Shown here in pieces: positions 56,255 to 64,000 of a stretch of 64,000 nucleotides of DNA. Made by a program: the position numbers and the translations under genes. The notes below the pieces were generated by a model. That model ran no database searches, was not told the origin of the DNA, and saw only the letters and a list, made by a program, of their open reading frames with translations. Source of the DNA: an uncultured Mycoplasmatota bacterium (GTDB taxonomy: Bacteria > Bacillota_I > Bacilli_A > RF39 > UBA660); contig CAMYVW010000002.1 of the NCBI GenBank assembly GCA_947302655.1, positions 169,537 through 233,536 on the forward strand, given 5' to 3'. Position 1 is the stretch's first letter. Every line of letters starts with the position of its first letter.

Positions 56255-58159
56255 ATGAACTATGAAAATATTTATAAAAGAACTAAAGCATTTATATTAT
56301 TAGTATCTGCTTTGTTGGTTGCAGTTATAGTTAAACTATTTTATATTCAGTTTATTGATTATAAAAAAATAAATACCCTTGCAAGTGATTTGTGGAATAG
56401 AGATTTACCAATAATGGCTGATAGAGGATTAATTCTTGATCGAAATGGCAAACTTTTGGCAGGAAACATTACAACGACATCTTTAATTGTTGTTCCAAGG
56501 CAAATAAAGGATAAAGAGTATGCAGCTAAAGAACTTTCAAGTATTTTGGAAACTAGTTATGAAGACATGTATAAACATGTTTCCAAAAATACATCGATTG
56601 AAAGAATTCATCCTGAAGGAAGAAGTCTTTCTTATGAAGTTGCTGATAAGATTAATAATTTAAATATGGATGGGGTATATCTTTTAAAGGAAGGTAAAAG
56701 ATACTATCCTTTTAAAAATGTCTTATCTCATGTGCTTGGTTATGTTGGAATTGATAACCAGGGATTATCAGGTATAGAATCCTACTATGATAAATATTTA
56801 ATGGGAACTGATGGCGCCATTAAATATTTATCAGATGGTAAGGGTAAAAGGTTAAAATTAAATGAATCTTATCATGAACCATATAATGGTATGAACGTTC
56901 TTTTAACAATTGATTTAGATTTACAACTTGCTATAGAAAATGAACTTGATATAGCTGTATCGAAATATAATCCTGAACATGCTATGATTCTTGCAATGAA
57001 TCCTAAAACCGGAGAGGTTTTAGCCATGGCATCAAGACCTAATTTTGATAGTAATAATTACAAAAAATATGATATGGAAACTATAAATAGAAATTTACCT
57101 ATTTGGATGACTTATGAACCAGGTTCTACTTTTAAAATTATTACGTATGCATCAGCAATTGAAGAAAAAGTTGTTAATATTTTTGAAGATACTTTTTATG
57201 ATACAGGTAGTGTTAAGGTTGCTGGATCAACACTACATTGTTGGAAACATGAAGGTCATGGTTTTCAAACTTTTTTAGAAGTAATTCAAAATTCTTGTAA
57301 CCCCGGATTTGTATCTTTAGGGCAAAGACTAGGAAAAGATAAATTAATGCATTATATAAAAGAGTTTGGTTTTGGTAAAAAAACTGGAATTGATTTAAAT
57401 GGTGAAGGAAAAGGAATTTTATTTTCTGATGAGAAAATGGGAGAAGTAGAACTTGCAACAACAGCTTTTGGTCAAGGTATTTCTGTTACTCCAGTTCAGC
57501 AGGTAAAAGCCGTAAGTGCAGTAATTAACGGAGGTAATTTATATACTCCTTATATAGTAAAAGGAGTTGAAGATCCATATTCTCATGAATTAGTTTTAGA
57601 AAATAAAAAACATTTTGAGAAGAAAGTTATAAGTGAAGAAACAAGTAAACTTACAAGGTATGCTTTAGAAACTGTCGTAGCTCTTGGAACTGGTCATAAT
57701 GCTTATTTAGAAAACTATCGAATTGGTGGTAAAACAGGAACAGCCCAAAAAGTTGATAAAGGTATATATATGCAAGGAAATTATATTTTATCATTTATAG
57801 GATTTATGCCAGCAGATGATCCTGAAATTGTTGTTTATGTAGCAGTAGATCATCCTCACAATACAGTTCAATATGGTGGAACTGTATCTGCACCTATAGC
57901 TAAAAATGTTTTTAAAAGTGCTGCTAAAATACTAAATATTAAAGAAAGTAAAGAAGTAATTCCAAAAGAGTATTTATGGCTTGATGAAAAATACGTTATG
58001 GTTCCTGATGTTACTGGATTAAATATAAAAGAAGCTAAAAATAAGCTAAGAGGTTTTCAAATAAAATATGTTGGTAATGGGGAAACTATTTTTAAGCAGA
58101 CACCTAAAGGAAGTACAATGACTAAAGAAAATGGATATATAATGCTTTATCTTAACTAA
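56255..58159 (+). CDS. Class B penicillin-binding protein (transpeptidase) with C-terminal PASTA domain (PBP2B/SpoVD-like)
   Basis: STFK, SCN and KTGT motifs, an N-terminal TM helix and a C-terminal PASTA domain are present. Confidence 0.9.
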   Translation: MNYENIYKRTKAFILLVSALLVAVIVKLFYIQFIDYKKINTLASDLWNRDLPIMADRGLILDRNGKLLAGNITTTSLIVVPRQIKDKEYAAKELSSILETSYEDMYKHVSKNTSIERIHPEGRSLSYEVADKINNLNMDGVYLLKEGKRYYPFKNVLSHVLGYVGIDNQGLSGIESYYDKYLMGTDGAIKYLSDGKGKRLKLNESYHEPYNGMNVLLTIDLDLQLAIENELDIAVSKYNPEHAMILAMNPKTGEVLAMASRPNFDSNNYKKYDMETINRNLPIWMTYEPGSTFKIITYASAIEEKVVNIFEDTFYDTGSVKVAGSTLHCWKHEGHGFQTFLEVIQNSCNPGFVSLGQRLGKDKLMHYIKEFGFGKKTGIDLNGEGKGILFSDEKMGEVELATTAFGQGISVTPVQQVKAVSAVINGGNLYTPYIVKGVEDPYSHELVLENKKHFEKKVISEETSKLTRYALETVVALGTGHNAYLENYRIGGKTGTAQKVDKGIYMQGNYILSFIGFMPADDPEIVVYVAVDHPHNTVQYGGTVSAPIAKNVFKSAAKILNIKESKEVIPKEYLWLDEKYVMVPDVTGLNIKEAKNKLRGFQIKYVGNGETIFKQTPKGSTMTKENGYIMLYLN

Positions 58160-58245
58160 TGTAAAACTTTGTAAAAATCAATTAATCCTTTAAGATTTAT
58201 TTATATATTTATTGTATACTAAAATAAATAAGGAAGAGGTGTAAT

Positions 58246-59238
58246 ATGCTTATTTTAGCTAAAGCTGCCTTAGCAATGATGCTTGGGTTTGGTTTATCAA
58301 TTATTGCAGGACTTATCATAATTCCTCTTTTAAAAAAGAAAAAAATAGGTCAACAAGTAAGTCATACTGTTGGAGAAAGACATATTGCAAAGCAAGGAAC
58401 TCCAACAATGGGAGGATTTATATTTATTATTCCAACATTACTTGCAATGCTTTTCTTGTACTTAAGAGGAAGTATAGTTTATAGTCATAATCTTTTAGTA
58501 CTTATATTTGTTTTTGTATCTTACGCTATATTAGGTGGTATTGATGACTATTTAAAGATTAAGAAAAAAAATAATGATGGTTTATCAATAAGTACTAAGT
58601 TTTTATTACAAATGTTAATAGCTCTAGTATTTTTCTATATATTTATGAAAAACGGTGGAGAACCAACACTTGCTATTTCATTTTTACATTTAGAAATTCC
58701 TATGGGTTGGGCATTTGGTCTATTTATATTATTTATGCTTGTCGGTTCATCAAATGCAGTTAATATAACTGATGGACTTGATGGACTTGCAGGTGGTTTA
58801 TCGGCAATATCATTTTTAGCTTTTGGAATAATTGCTTGGAATACAACATGGATGGAAGGATACCAAGAAGTTGGAGTTTTCTCATTTTGTTTAGTAGGAA
58901 GTTTACTTGGATTCTTAGTATTTAATACCCATCCAGCTAAAGTATTTATGGGTGATTTAGGATCACTTGCTCTTGGTGGAGCACTAGCTACTATTGCTAT
59001 TATCACCAGACATGAAATTTCTCTTGCTTTAATAGGTGGAATCTTTATAGCTGAAACATTATCTTCACTTATTCAAATTATAGCTATTAGAAAATTTCAT
59101 CGAAAAGTATTTTTAAGAGCACCACTTCATCATCACTTTGAAGTATTGGGTTGGCTTGAAACTGATATAGTAAAAATGTTTTGGACTATAGGTTTACTAC
59201 TTGCTATGGCCGCAATAACATACGGAGTTTGGTTATAA
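58246..59238 (+). CDS. mraY: Phospho-N-acetylmuramoyl-pentapeptide transferase
   Basis: MraY motifs (NAVNITDGLDGLA, HHHFE) are present. Confidence 0.9.
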   Translation: MLILAKAALAMMLGFGLSIIAGLIIIPLLKKKKIGQQVSHTVGERHIAKQGTPTMGGFIFIIPTLLAMLFLYLRGSIVYSHNLLVLIFVFVSYAILGGIDDYLKIKKKNNDGLSISTKFLLQMLIALVFFYIFMKNGGEPTLAISFLHLEIPMGWAFGLFILFMLVGSSNAVNITDGLDGLAGGLSAISFLAFGIIAWNTTWMEGYQEVGVFSFCLVGSLLGFLVFNTHPAKVFMGDLGSLALGGALATIAIITRHEISLALIGGIFIAETLSSLIQIIAIRKFHRKVFLRAPLHHHFEVLGWLETDIVKMFWTIGLLLAMAAITYGVWL

Positions 59239-59380
59239 TATTGATGTACCCTCAAATGTCAGATATTTTAATATTTATTTAAAAGATATAAACAGAAGGA
59301 AATAGATTATTTGAAAATGAACTATTGAATGAAAAAAGGTTTATTAAAATATCTGACATTTCAAAGTACATCTTTTTTTA

Positions 59381-59408
59381 TTGATATTTTTTTATCTATA
59401 GATATAAT
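59381..59408 (+). promoter_or_regulatory. Sigma-A type promoter on + strand (possible antisense/antitoxin RNA and/or ftsW promoter)
   Basis: TTGATA, a 16-nt spacer and TATAAT. The transcript would run antisense across the 3' end of the small minus-strand ORF. Confidence 0.4.
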
Positions 59409-59440
59409 AAAAATGTAAGTGTTACCCAGTTGGGTAGTAC

Positions 59441-59557
59441 CTACTTATTGTTTCGGCACCACACTTGTTTAAAGCTGGTGCCGGTTTCCAATATTAATCG
59501 TAAAATAACTACAATTAATAAGATTATTATTACTAGAAGAGTTGTTTCTCTTTTCAT
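59441..59557 (-). CDS. 38-aa hydrophobic peptide with charged C-terminus (type I toxin-like)
   Basis: An internal ATG of the 66-aa track ORF is preceded by a strong SD AGGGAGG with an 8-nt spacing. The peptide is MKRETTLLVIIILLIVVILRLILETGTSFKQVWCRNNK. The local region is GC-rich. Confidence 0.4.
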   Translation of the reverse strand: MKRETTLLVIIILLIVVILRLILETGTSFKQVWCRNNK

Positions 59558-59658
59558 ATCTACTGCCTCCCTTGCTTTATAAACCCCCTGGTTAATCAGG
59601 ATTACGAGTCCAAGTTTGTTTAGCAAAGCAGGCACCACCAACTAATTAACGGAAAGCT

Positions 59659-59687
59659 ATTATAACCGTTATTTTTTTTATTTCAAT
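59659..59687 (-). promoter_or_regulatory. Sigma-A type promoter on minus strand driving the small peptide mRNA
   Basis: Read on the minus strand: TTGAAA, a 17-nt spacer and TATAAT, giving a structured 5' UTR of about 90 nt before the SD. Confidence 0.4.
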
Positions 59688-59792
59688 ATCATCGACAAAC
59701 CTTATCAAAACTTCTATATATTCGACATTTTTTATAGATGCTTTTTTCATAAACTTCATTAATAAATAGTAATATTTATTAGGTGAGTACTT

Positions 59793-60881
59793 TTGAAAAA
59801 AGCATCTTTTTATATTAAGCTATCATCATTTTTTCTTATATGTTTTGGGCTACTTATGATTTATTCATCAAGTTATGTATGGGCAGAGTATAAGTTTAAT
59901 AATAAATTTCATTATTTAATTTATCAAAGTATATTTTTATTTGGTGCTATTATCATTTATAAATTTATTAAAAATATTGATATTAATTTTTTTAAAAGAA
60001 AAGCAAATCTCTTTTTATTTGTATCTATAGTTTTACTTGTATTAGTAACAATTCCAGGAATAGGTGTAGTAAGAAATGGTTCAAGGTCATGGTTTAGTTT
60101 AGGTCCACTTGGTTTTCAACCAAGTGAATTATCTAAAATAGTATTAATTATTTTTTTATCTAAATATTTAGAAAAATATCATAATAAAATAAATAAAGTT
60201 AAAGCAAATCTATTACCGGTCATTTTAATTGTTGGTTTAATCGTTTTACTTATAATGTTAGAACCAGATTTTGGTAGTTCTATGATTATAGTTTTAACAA
60301 TTGTAGCGATGCTTTTTTCTTCAGGATTAAAATATAAGTTCTTTGGCATTTTGGGTGTTATAGGTTTAGTTGGGATAACTATTATAATTATTATTGCACC
60401 TTATAGAATGGCAAGAATAATATCTTTTATTAATCCATGGAAAGATCCTCTTGGTTCAGGATATCAAATAATTCAATCTTTATATGCTATTGGTCCTGGT
60501 GGACTTTTTGGCCATGGATTATTTTCATCAAGGCAAAAATATTTTTATTTACCAGAACCACAAACAGATTTTATATTTGCTATTTTATGTGAGGAACTAG
60601 GTTTTTTAATTGCTGGATTTATTATTATATTATTTATTATTCTTTTTTATAATATTTTTGTTATTAGTATGAAAGAAAGTAATTTATTTAAGAAGTTTTT
60701 AGTTATTGGAATTGGTTCTTCTCTTGCTATTCAAACAGTTATGAATCTTTCTGTTGTAGTTGGTTTAGTACCTGTTACTGGGGTAACACTTCCTTTTTTA
60801 AGTTATGGGGGTTCAAGTTTAGTAGTTTCAATATTAAGTATTGGAATAATATTAAATATATCTGAAACTAAAAGTAGTTAA
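59793..60881 (+). CDS. ftsW: SEDS-family peptidoglycan glycosyltransferase FtsW/SpoVE
   Basis: It is a 10-TM SEDS protein with conserved motifs. It lies between mraY and murG, where spoVE sits in Bacillus. Confidence 0.85.
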   Translation: MKKASFYIKLSSFFLICFGLLMIYSSSYVWAEYKFNNKFHYLIYQSIFLFGAIIIYKFIKNIDINFFKRKANLFLFVSIVLLVLVTIPGIGVVRNGSRSWFSLGPLGFQPSELSKIVLIIFLSKYLEKYHNKINKVKANLLPVILIVGLIVLLIMLEPDFGSSMIIVLTIVAMLFSSGLKYKFFGILGVIGLVGITIIIIIAPYRMARIISFINPWKDPLGSGYQIIQSLYAIGPGGLFGHGLFSSRQKYFYLPEPQTDFIFAILCEELGFLIAGFIIILFIILFYNIFVISMKESNLFKKFLVIGIGSSLAIQTVMNLSVVVGLVPVTGVTLPFLSYGGSSLVVSILSIGIILNISETKSS

Positions 60882-61008
60882 AATGGTTTTAAAATCATGT
60901 ATTTTAGTATTTTTTTTAATGTAATTAATATTGTAAAGTTTTTTAAAACTTCACATTATTAATAGATTTTATAGTATAATTTAATAGAAATAGGAGGAAT
61001 CCTTTATT

Positions 61009-62088
61009 ATGAAAGTTATTGTTTCAGCTGGTGGTACAGGAGGTCATATTTATCCTGCACTTGCAATAATTGACTTGTTAAAGAAAATTGATAAAAACTT
61101 AGATGTTTTATATATTGGTACTCATAATCGTATGGAAAAGGACATTATTCCTAAAATGGGAATTAAATATGAAACTATTAAGATATATGGATTTAATAAA
61201 ACTAAAGTTTTTAAAAATTTTCAAAATGTTTATTTAATAAATAAGGCATTTAAAAAATGCCGTAAGATAATGAAAGAGTTTAAACCTGATTTAGTTGTTG
61301 GTGCAGGAGGATATGTTACTTTTCCGGTTCTTAAAGTTGCCCAAAAATTAGGTATTAAAACTTTTATTCATGAACAAAATAGTTTTGCTGGAAAAACTAA
61401 TGTATCTCTTGGTAAAAAGGCATCTTTAATTGGTGTTTCGTTTGAAAACTCACTTAAAGATTTTAAAGATACCAATGGTAAAGCTTTTTTAATGGGTAAT
61501 CCTTGTGCTAAAAGAGCTCTAGAAATGAAAAAAATAAAAAAATCTGAAATAGGATTTGATGATAAAAAACCTCTTGTAATTGCTGTTGCAGGTAGTTTAG
61601 GTAGTGAATCTATCAATAGAGCTTTTAAAAATGTATTAATGAATTTAAAAGATAAAGATTATCAATTCTTATATATAACTGGAGCTAAACATTACGATAG
61701 TTTTATCGAAGGGTTAAAGCTTCCAGAAAATGTAAAAGTAGTTCCTTTTTTTAATAATTTACCAGGGCTTTTAAAAGACACGGATGTTTTAATATCTAGA
61801 TCTGGTGCAAGTACAATGAGTGAAGTTATTGCTCTTAATGTACCAACTATTTTTATTCCATCTCCTTATGTAGCTAATAATCATCAGTATTATAATGCTC
61901 TTGATTTAGTTAATAAAAAAGCTGCTTTATTAATTGAAGAGAAGAATATTTCTCAAGAAATAATATTTGAAAAAATAGATGAAGTATTAAAAAATGCTAA
62001 TGATATAAAAAAGAATTTAAAAAATATTGCAACTGTAGATACTGAAGAGGTATTTATAAATGAAGTTAGGAAGTTACTAGATGAATAA
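61009..62088 (+). CDS. murG: UDP-N-acetylglucosamine--N-acetylmuramyl-(pentapeptide) pyrophosphoryl-undecaprenol N-acetylglucosamine transferase
   Basis: The GT28 N-terminal GGTGGH motif is present. Confidence 0.9.
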   Translation: MKVIVSAGGTGGHIYPALAIIDLLKKIDKNLDVLYIGTHNRMEKDIIPKMGIKYETIKIYGFNKTKVFKNFQNVYLINKAFKKCRKIMKEFKPDLVVGAGGYVTFPVLKVAQKLGIKTFIHEQNSFAGKTNVSLGKKASLIGVSFENSLKDFKDTNGKAFLMGNPCAKRALEMKKIKKSEIGFDDKKPLVIAVAGSLGSESINRAFKNVLMNLKDKDYQFLYITGAKHYDSFIEGLKLPENVKVVPFFNNLPGLLKDTDVLISRSGASTMSEVIALNVPTIFIPSPYVANNHQYYNALDLVNKKAALLIEEKNISQEIIFEKIDEVLKNANDIKKNLKNIATVDTEEVFINEVRKLLDE

Positions 62089-62968
62089 TGAACTTGAAAA
62101 ATATGGAAAACTTAAAGAAAATGTTGATTTAAAAAAGTATAATACTTATAAAGTATCATCAACTACTAAATATTTAATTGAAGTTAAAGATGAAGAAAAT
62201 CTTTTAAATTTAATTAATTATTTAAATGATAATGATATTAATTATTATGTTTTAGGAAACGGATCTAATGTTGTCCTTCCAAAGAATGATTTTAATGGTG
62301 TTATTATTAAACTTAATGAATTTAATAATATTGATATTGATGATGATGAAGTATATGTTGGAGCTGGAGTTATGCTGCCTAAACTTGTTAATGAAACAGT
62401 AAATAACTGTTTAAAAGGTTTAGAGTGGGCATCTGGAATACCTGGTACTTTAGGCGGAGCCGTTGTTGGTAATGCCGGAGCATATTTATCAGAAATTTTT
62501 GATTTTATTATTTCAGTTAGAGTACTTGATAATGGTGTTATTAAGGAATTAAAAAAATCTGATATTAAATATAGTTATAGATATACATCATTAAAAGGCC
62601 AGAGGAATATTATTGTTCTTGGTGCAACTTTAAGACTTGAAAAAGGTAATTCTGATGAATCACTAAGTTTAATGAGAAACAGAATGGAAAGAAGGCTTGA
62701 ATCTCAACCACTTGATTATCCTAATGCTGGTAGTGTTTTTAGAAATCCTGAAAATGATTATGCAGGTCGTTTAATCGAAGAATGTGGTCTTAAAGGTAAA
62801 ACTGTTGGTGGAGCAATGGTTTCAACAAAACATGCTAATTTTATTATTAATTACGATAATGCATCAGGTGATGATGTTAAAAAATTAATTAAACTAGTTC
62901 ATGATGAAGTTTTAAATAAAACAGGTGTAGATTTAATTATTGAACAAGAACTTATAGATTGGAGATAG
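62081..62968 (+). CDS. murB: UDP-N-acetylenolpyruvoylglucosamine reductase
   Basis: An FAD-binding domain and the MurB C-terminal domain (GSVFRNP, GGAMVS) are present. It overlaps the murG stop. Confidence 0.9.
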   Translation: MNNELEKYGKLKENVDLKKYNTYKVSSTTKYLIEVKDEENLLNLINYLNDNDINYYVLGNGSNVVLPKNDFNGVIIKLNEFNNIDIDDDEVYVGAGVMLPKLVNETVNNCLKGLEWASGIPGTLGGAVVGNAGAYLSEIFDFIISVRVLDNGVIKELKKSDIKYSYRYTSLKGQRNIIVLGATLRLEKGNSDESLSLMRNRMERRLESQPLDYPNAGSVFRNPENDYAGRLIEECGLKGKTVGGAMVSTKHANFIINYDNASGDDVKKLIKLVHDEVLNKTGVDLIIEQELIDWR

Positions 62969-62972
62969 TATT

Positions 62973-63707
62973 ATGAAAAAACAGAGTAAACATAAAATTA
63001 ATAAACCAGCATTAATAGTGCTAATTCTTTTTGTTTACTTGTTTTTATCATTTTTATATTATTTGTGGCAACTTCCAATTAAAAATATTTATATTAAAGG
63101 TAATAAATATTTATCAGATGCTACTATTATTGAAACTGCAGGAATTAAAAACTATCCACCACTTATGAGAATTAGTAGAAGAAAAACTAAAAAGAAACTA
63201 CTTAAGAATGAATATATTGATGATGTCAAAATCAAGAAAAGTATTACTGGTAAGATAACGATTACAGTAAATGAAAGTAAACCAGTTTTTTATGATAAAT
63301 CAATTAATAAAGTTGTTCTTCTTAATAAAAAAACTGTAGATAATGATTTATCTTTACAACTTCCAACACTAATAAATAGTGTTCCAAGTGATATATATAA
63401 TAAATTAATAGAAAAATTTAATGAAATTGATTATGACGTTATTTTACAAATAAGCGAAATAGAATATTCTCCTGACATTATAAATGAAAAAATGATAGAT
63501 CCTGATAGATTCTTACTTCGAATGAATGACGGAAATAGTGCTTATATAAATCCTGTAAATATTAAGAAATTTAATGATTACTTTAAAAATTATGATATGG
63601 TTCCAGATGGTGTTAAAGGTACATTTTATTTTGATTCTAATAGTGGAAATGTGATGTTTAAAATGTATGGAGCTAAACAAGTAGAAGAGGTTACACCTAA
63701 TGAATGA
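62973..63707 (+). CDS. divIB: Cell division protein DivIB/FtsQ (POTRA domain)
   Basis: An N-terminal TM helix and POTRA (IKNIYIKGNKYLSDATIIETAGI) are present. The position after murB is typical. Confidence 0.75.
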   Translation: MKKQSKHKINKPALIVLILFVYLFLSFLYYLWQLPIKNIYIKGNKYLSDATIIETAGIKNYPPLMRISRRKTKKKLLKNEYIDDVKIKKSITGKITITVNESKPVFYDKSINKVVLLNKKTVDNDLSLQLPTLINSVPSDIYNKLIEKFNEIDYDVILQISEIEYSPDIINEKMIDPDRFLLRMNDGNSAYINPVNIKKFNDYFKNYDMVPDGVKGTFYFDSNSGNVMFKMYGAKQVEEVTPNE

Positions 63708-63723
63708 GAATTATAATATTAAG

Positions 63724-64000
63724 ATGAAAAATATTATTTCTTCATTAGATTACACTCCCAAACTATTACTACATAGTTGCTGTGGGCCATGCTCTACAAC
63801 AGTTATTAATATTTTAAGTAAATATTTTTATGTAGATGTTCTTTATTACAATCCAAATATTGAACCTGAAGAAGAGTATGAAAAAAGAAAAAAGGAACAG
63901 CAAAGGTTTATATCAGAGTTTAAAGGAGAATTTCCTGTTACTTTTATAGATGCTGATTATAATAATGAAGAATTTATGATTGATCTTCACCCTTTAAAAG
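63724..64000 (+). CDS. queH: Epoxyqueuosine reductase QueH (DUF208), 3' truncated by window edge
   Basis: The motif LLLHSCCGPCS is present. The ORF is open to the window end. Confidence 0.7.
   Translation, partial: MKNIISSLDYTPKLLLHSCCGPCSTTVINILSKYFYVDVLYYNPNIEPEEEYEKRKKEQQRFISEFKGEFPVTFIDADYNNEEFMIDLHPLK

Noticed and set aside
59441-59641. The full 66-aa ORF-track call for the minus-strand small protein.
   Set aside because: Its ATG lies only about 9 nt downstream of the predicted minus-strand transcription start and has no SD. The internal ATG at 59557 has a strong AGGGAGG SD, so the 38-aa product is the more plausible translation product.
59560-59650. I considered whether the GC-rich segment CCCTGGTTAATCAGGATTACGAGTCC...GCAAAGCAGGCACC is an SRP RNA (domain IV) or other housekeeping ncRNA.
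   Set aside because: It lacks the conserved GGAA tetraloop-capped helix 8 and the AGCAGCC motif. The segment is better explained as the structured 5' UTR of the minus-strand small-peptide mRNA.
35480-61616. Further antisense or embedded ORFs were seen: 35480-35668, 36981-37205, 37589-37828, 38225-38410, 38723-38953, 39436-39672, 40595-40915, 40935-41126, 52174-52365, 53012-53218, 57213-57461, 58635-59006 and 61368-61616.
   Set aside because: They are embedded in ger genes, rlmD, membrane proteins, DUF368, ttcA, PBP, mraY and murG on the opposite strand. They lack RBSs and are most likely not real genes.
1-64000. CRISPR arrays, tRNA/rRNA genes, insertion sequences and integrase/transposase genes.
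   Set aside because: I saw no regularly spaced direct repeats, no tRNA-like GTTCGA(A/T)TCC T-arm motifs in intergenic regions, and no transposase or integrase-like ORFs. The only mobile-element-like signal is the 18-bp inverted repeat pair at 59254/59344.

Overview
This 64-kb window comes from a very AT-rich (about 27-28% GC) endospore-forming Firmicute. Nearly all genes are on the + strand, and the gene order matches well-known Bacillus/Clostridia neighbourhoods: the Bacillus-nomenclature replication-initiation protein DnaB(partial)-dnaI, then a Thr T-box, an unknown ORF, thrS, infC-rpmI-rplT, ftsA-ftsZ, spoIIGA-sigE-sigG-ylmC-lspA-rluD, a rhomboid protease, lexA on the minus strand with a Cheo-like box, a GT4 glycosyltransferase, tkt, a SirA-like gene, two paralogous unknown genes, yneF, lonA, spoVID-like with ysxE-like, cdsA-rseP, a gerA-type germinant receptor operon on the minus strand, an rlmD-like methyltransferase, dtd, a LysR regulator, a NUDIX protein, a heterodimeric ABC exporter, a DUF368/PopT protein, ttcA, and a reduced division/cell-wall cluster (PBP with PASTA, mraY, ftsW/spoVE, murG, murB, divIB, queH) that lacks murE and murD. 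No rRNA, tRNA or CRISPR was seen. Several accessory-looking pieces stand out among the housekeeping genes: (i) two consecutive type IV pilin-like proteins carrying large adhesin-type modules (DUF285 repeats; Flg_new plus beta-helix) behind a consensus sigma-A promoter; (ii) a run of small membrane proteins followed by two paralogous SH3b-containing surface proteins with identical signal peptides and C-terminal TM anchors; (iii) a tandemly duplicated two-gene module made of a membrane-anchored XRE-HTH regulator and a small polytopic membrane protein; (iv) a GC-rich locus resembling a type I toxin-antitoxin system, with convergent near-consensus promoters and a 38-aa hydrophobic peptide, sitting where murD normally lies between mraY and ftsW; (v) a Thr T-box leader driving an unknown Cys-rich ORF that overlaps a ThrRS lacking its N-terminal TGS domain; and (vi) an L20 protein with a C-terminal Rho_N/SAP-like extension. 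Coordinates of regulatory elements were hand-counted and may be off by 1-3 nt.
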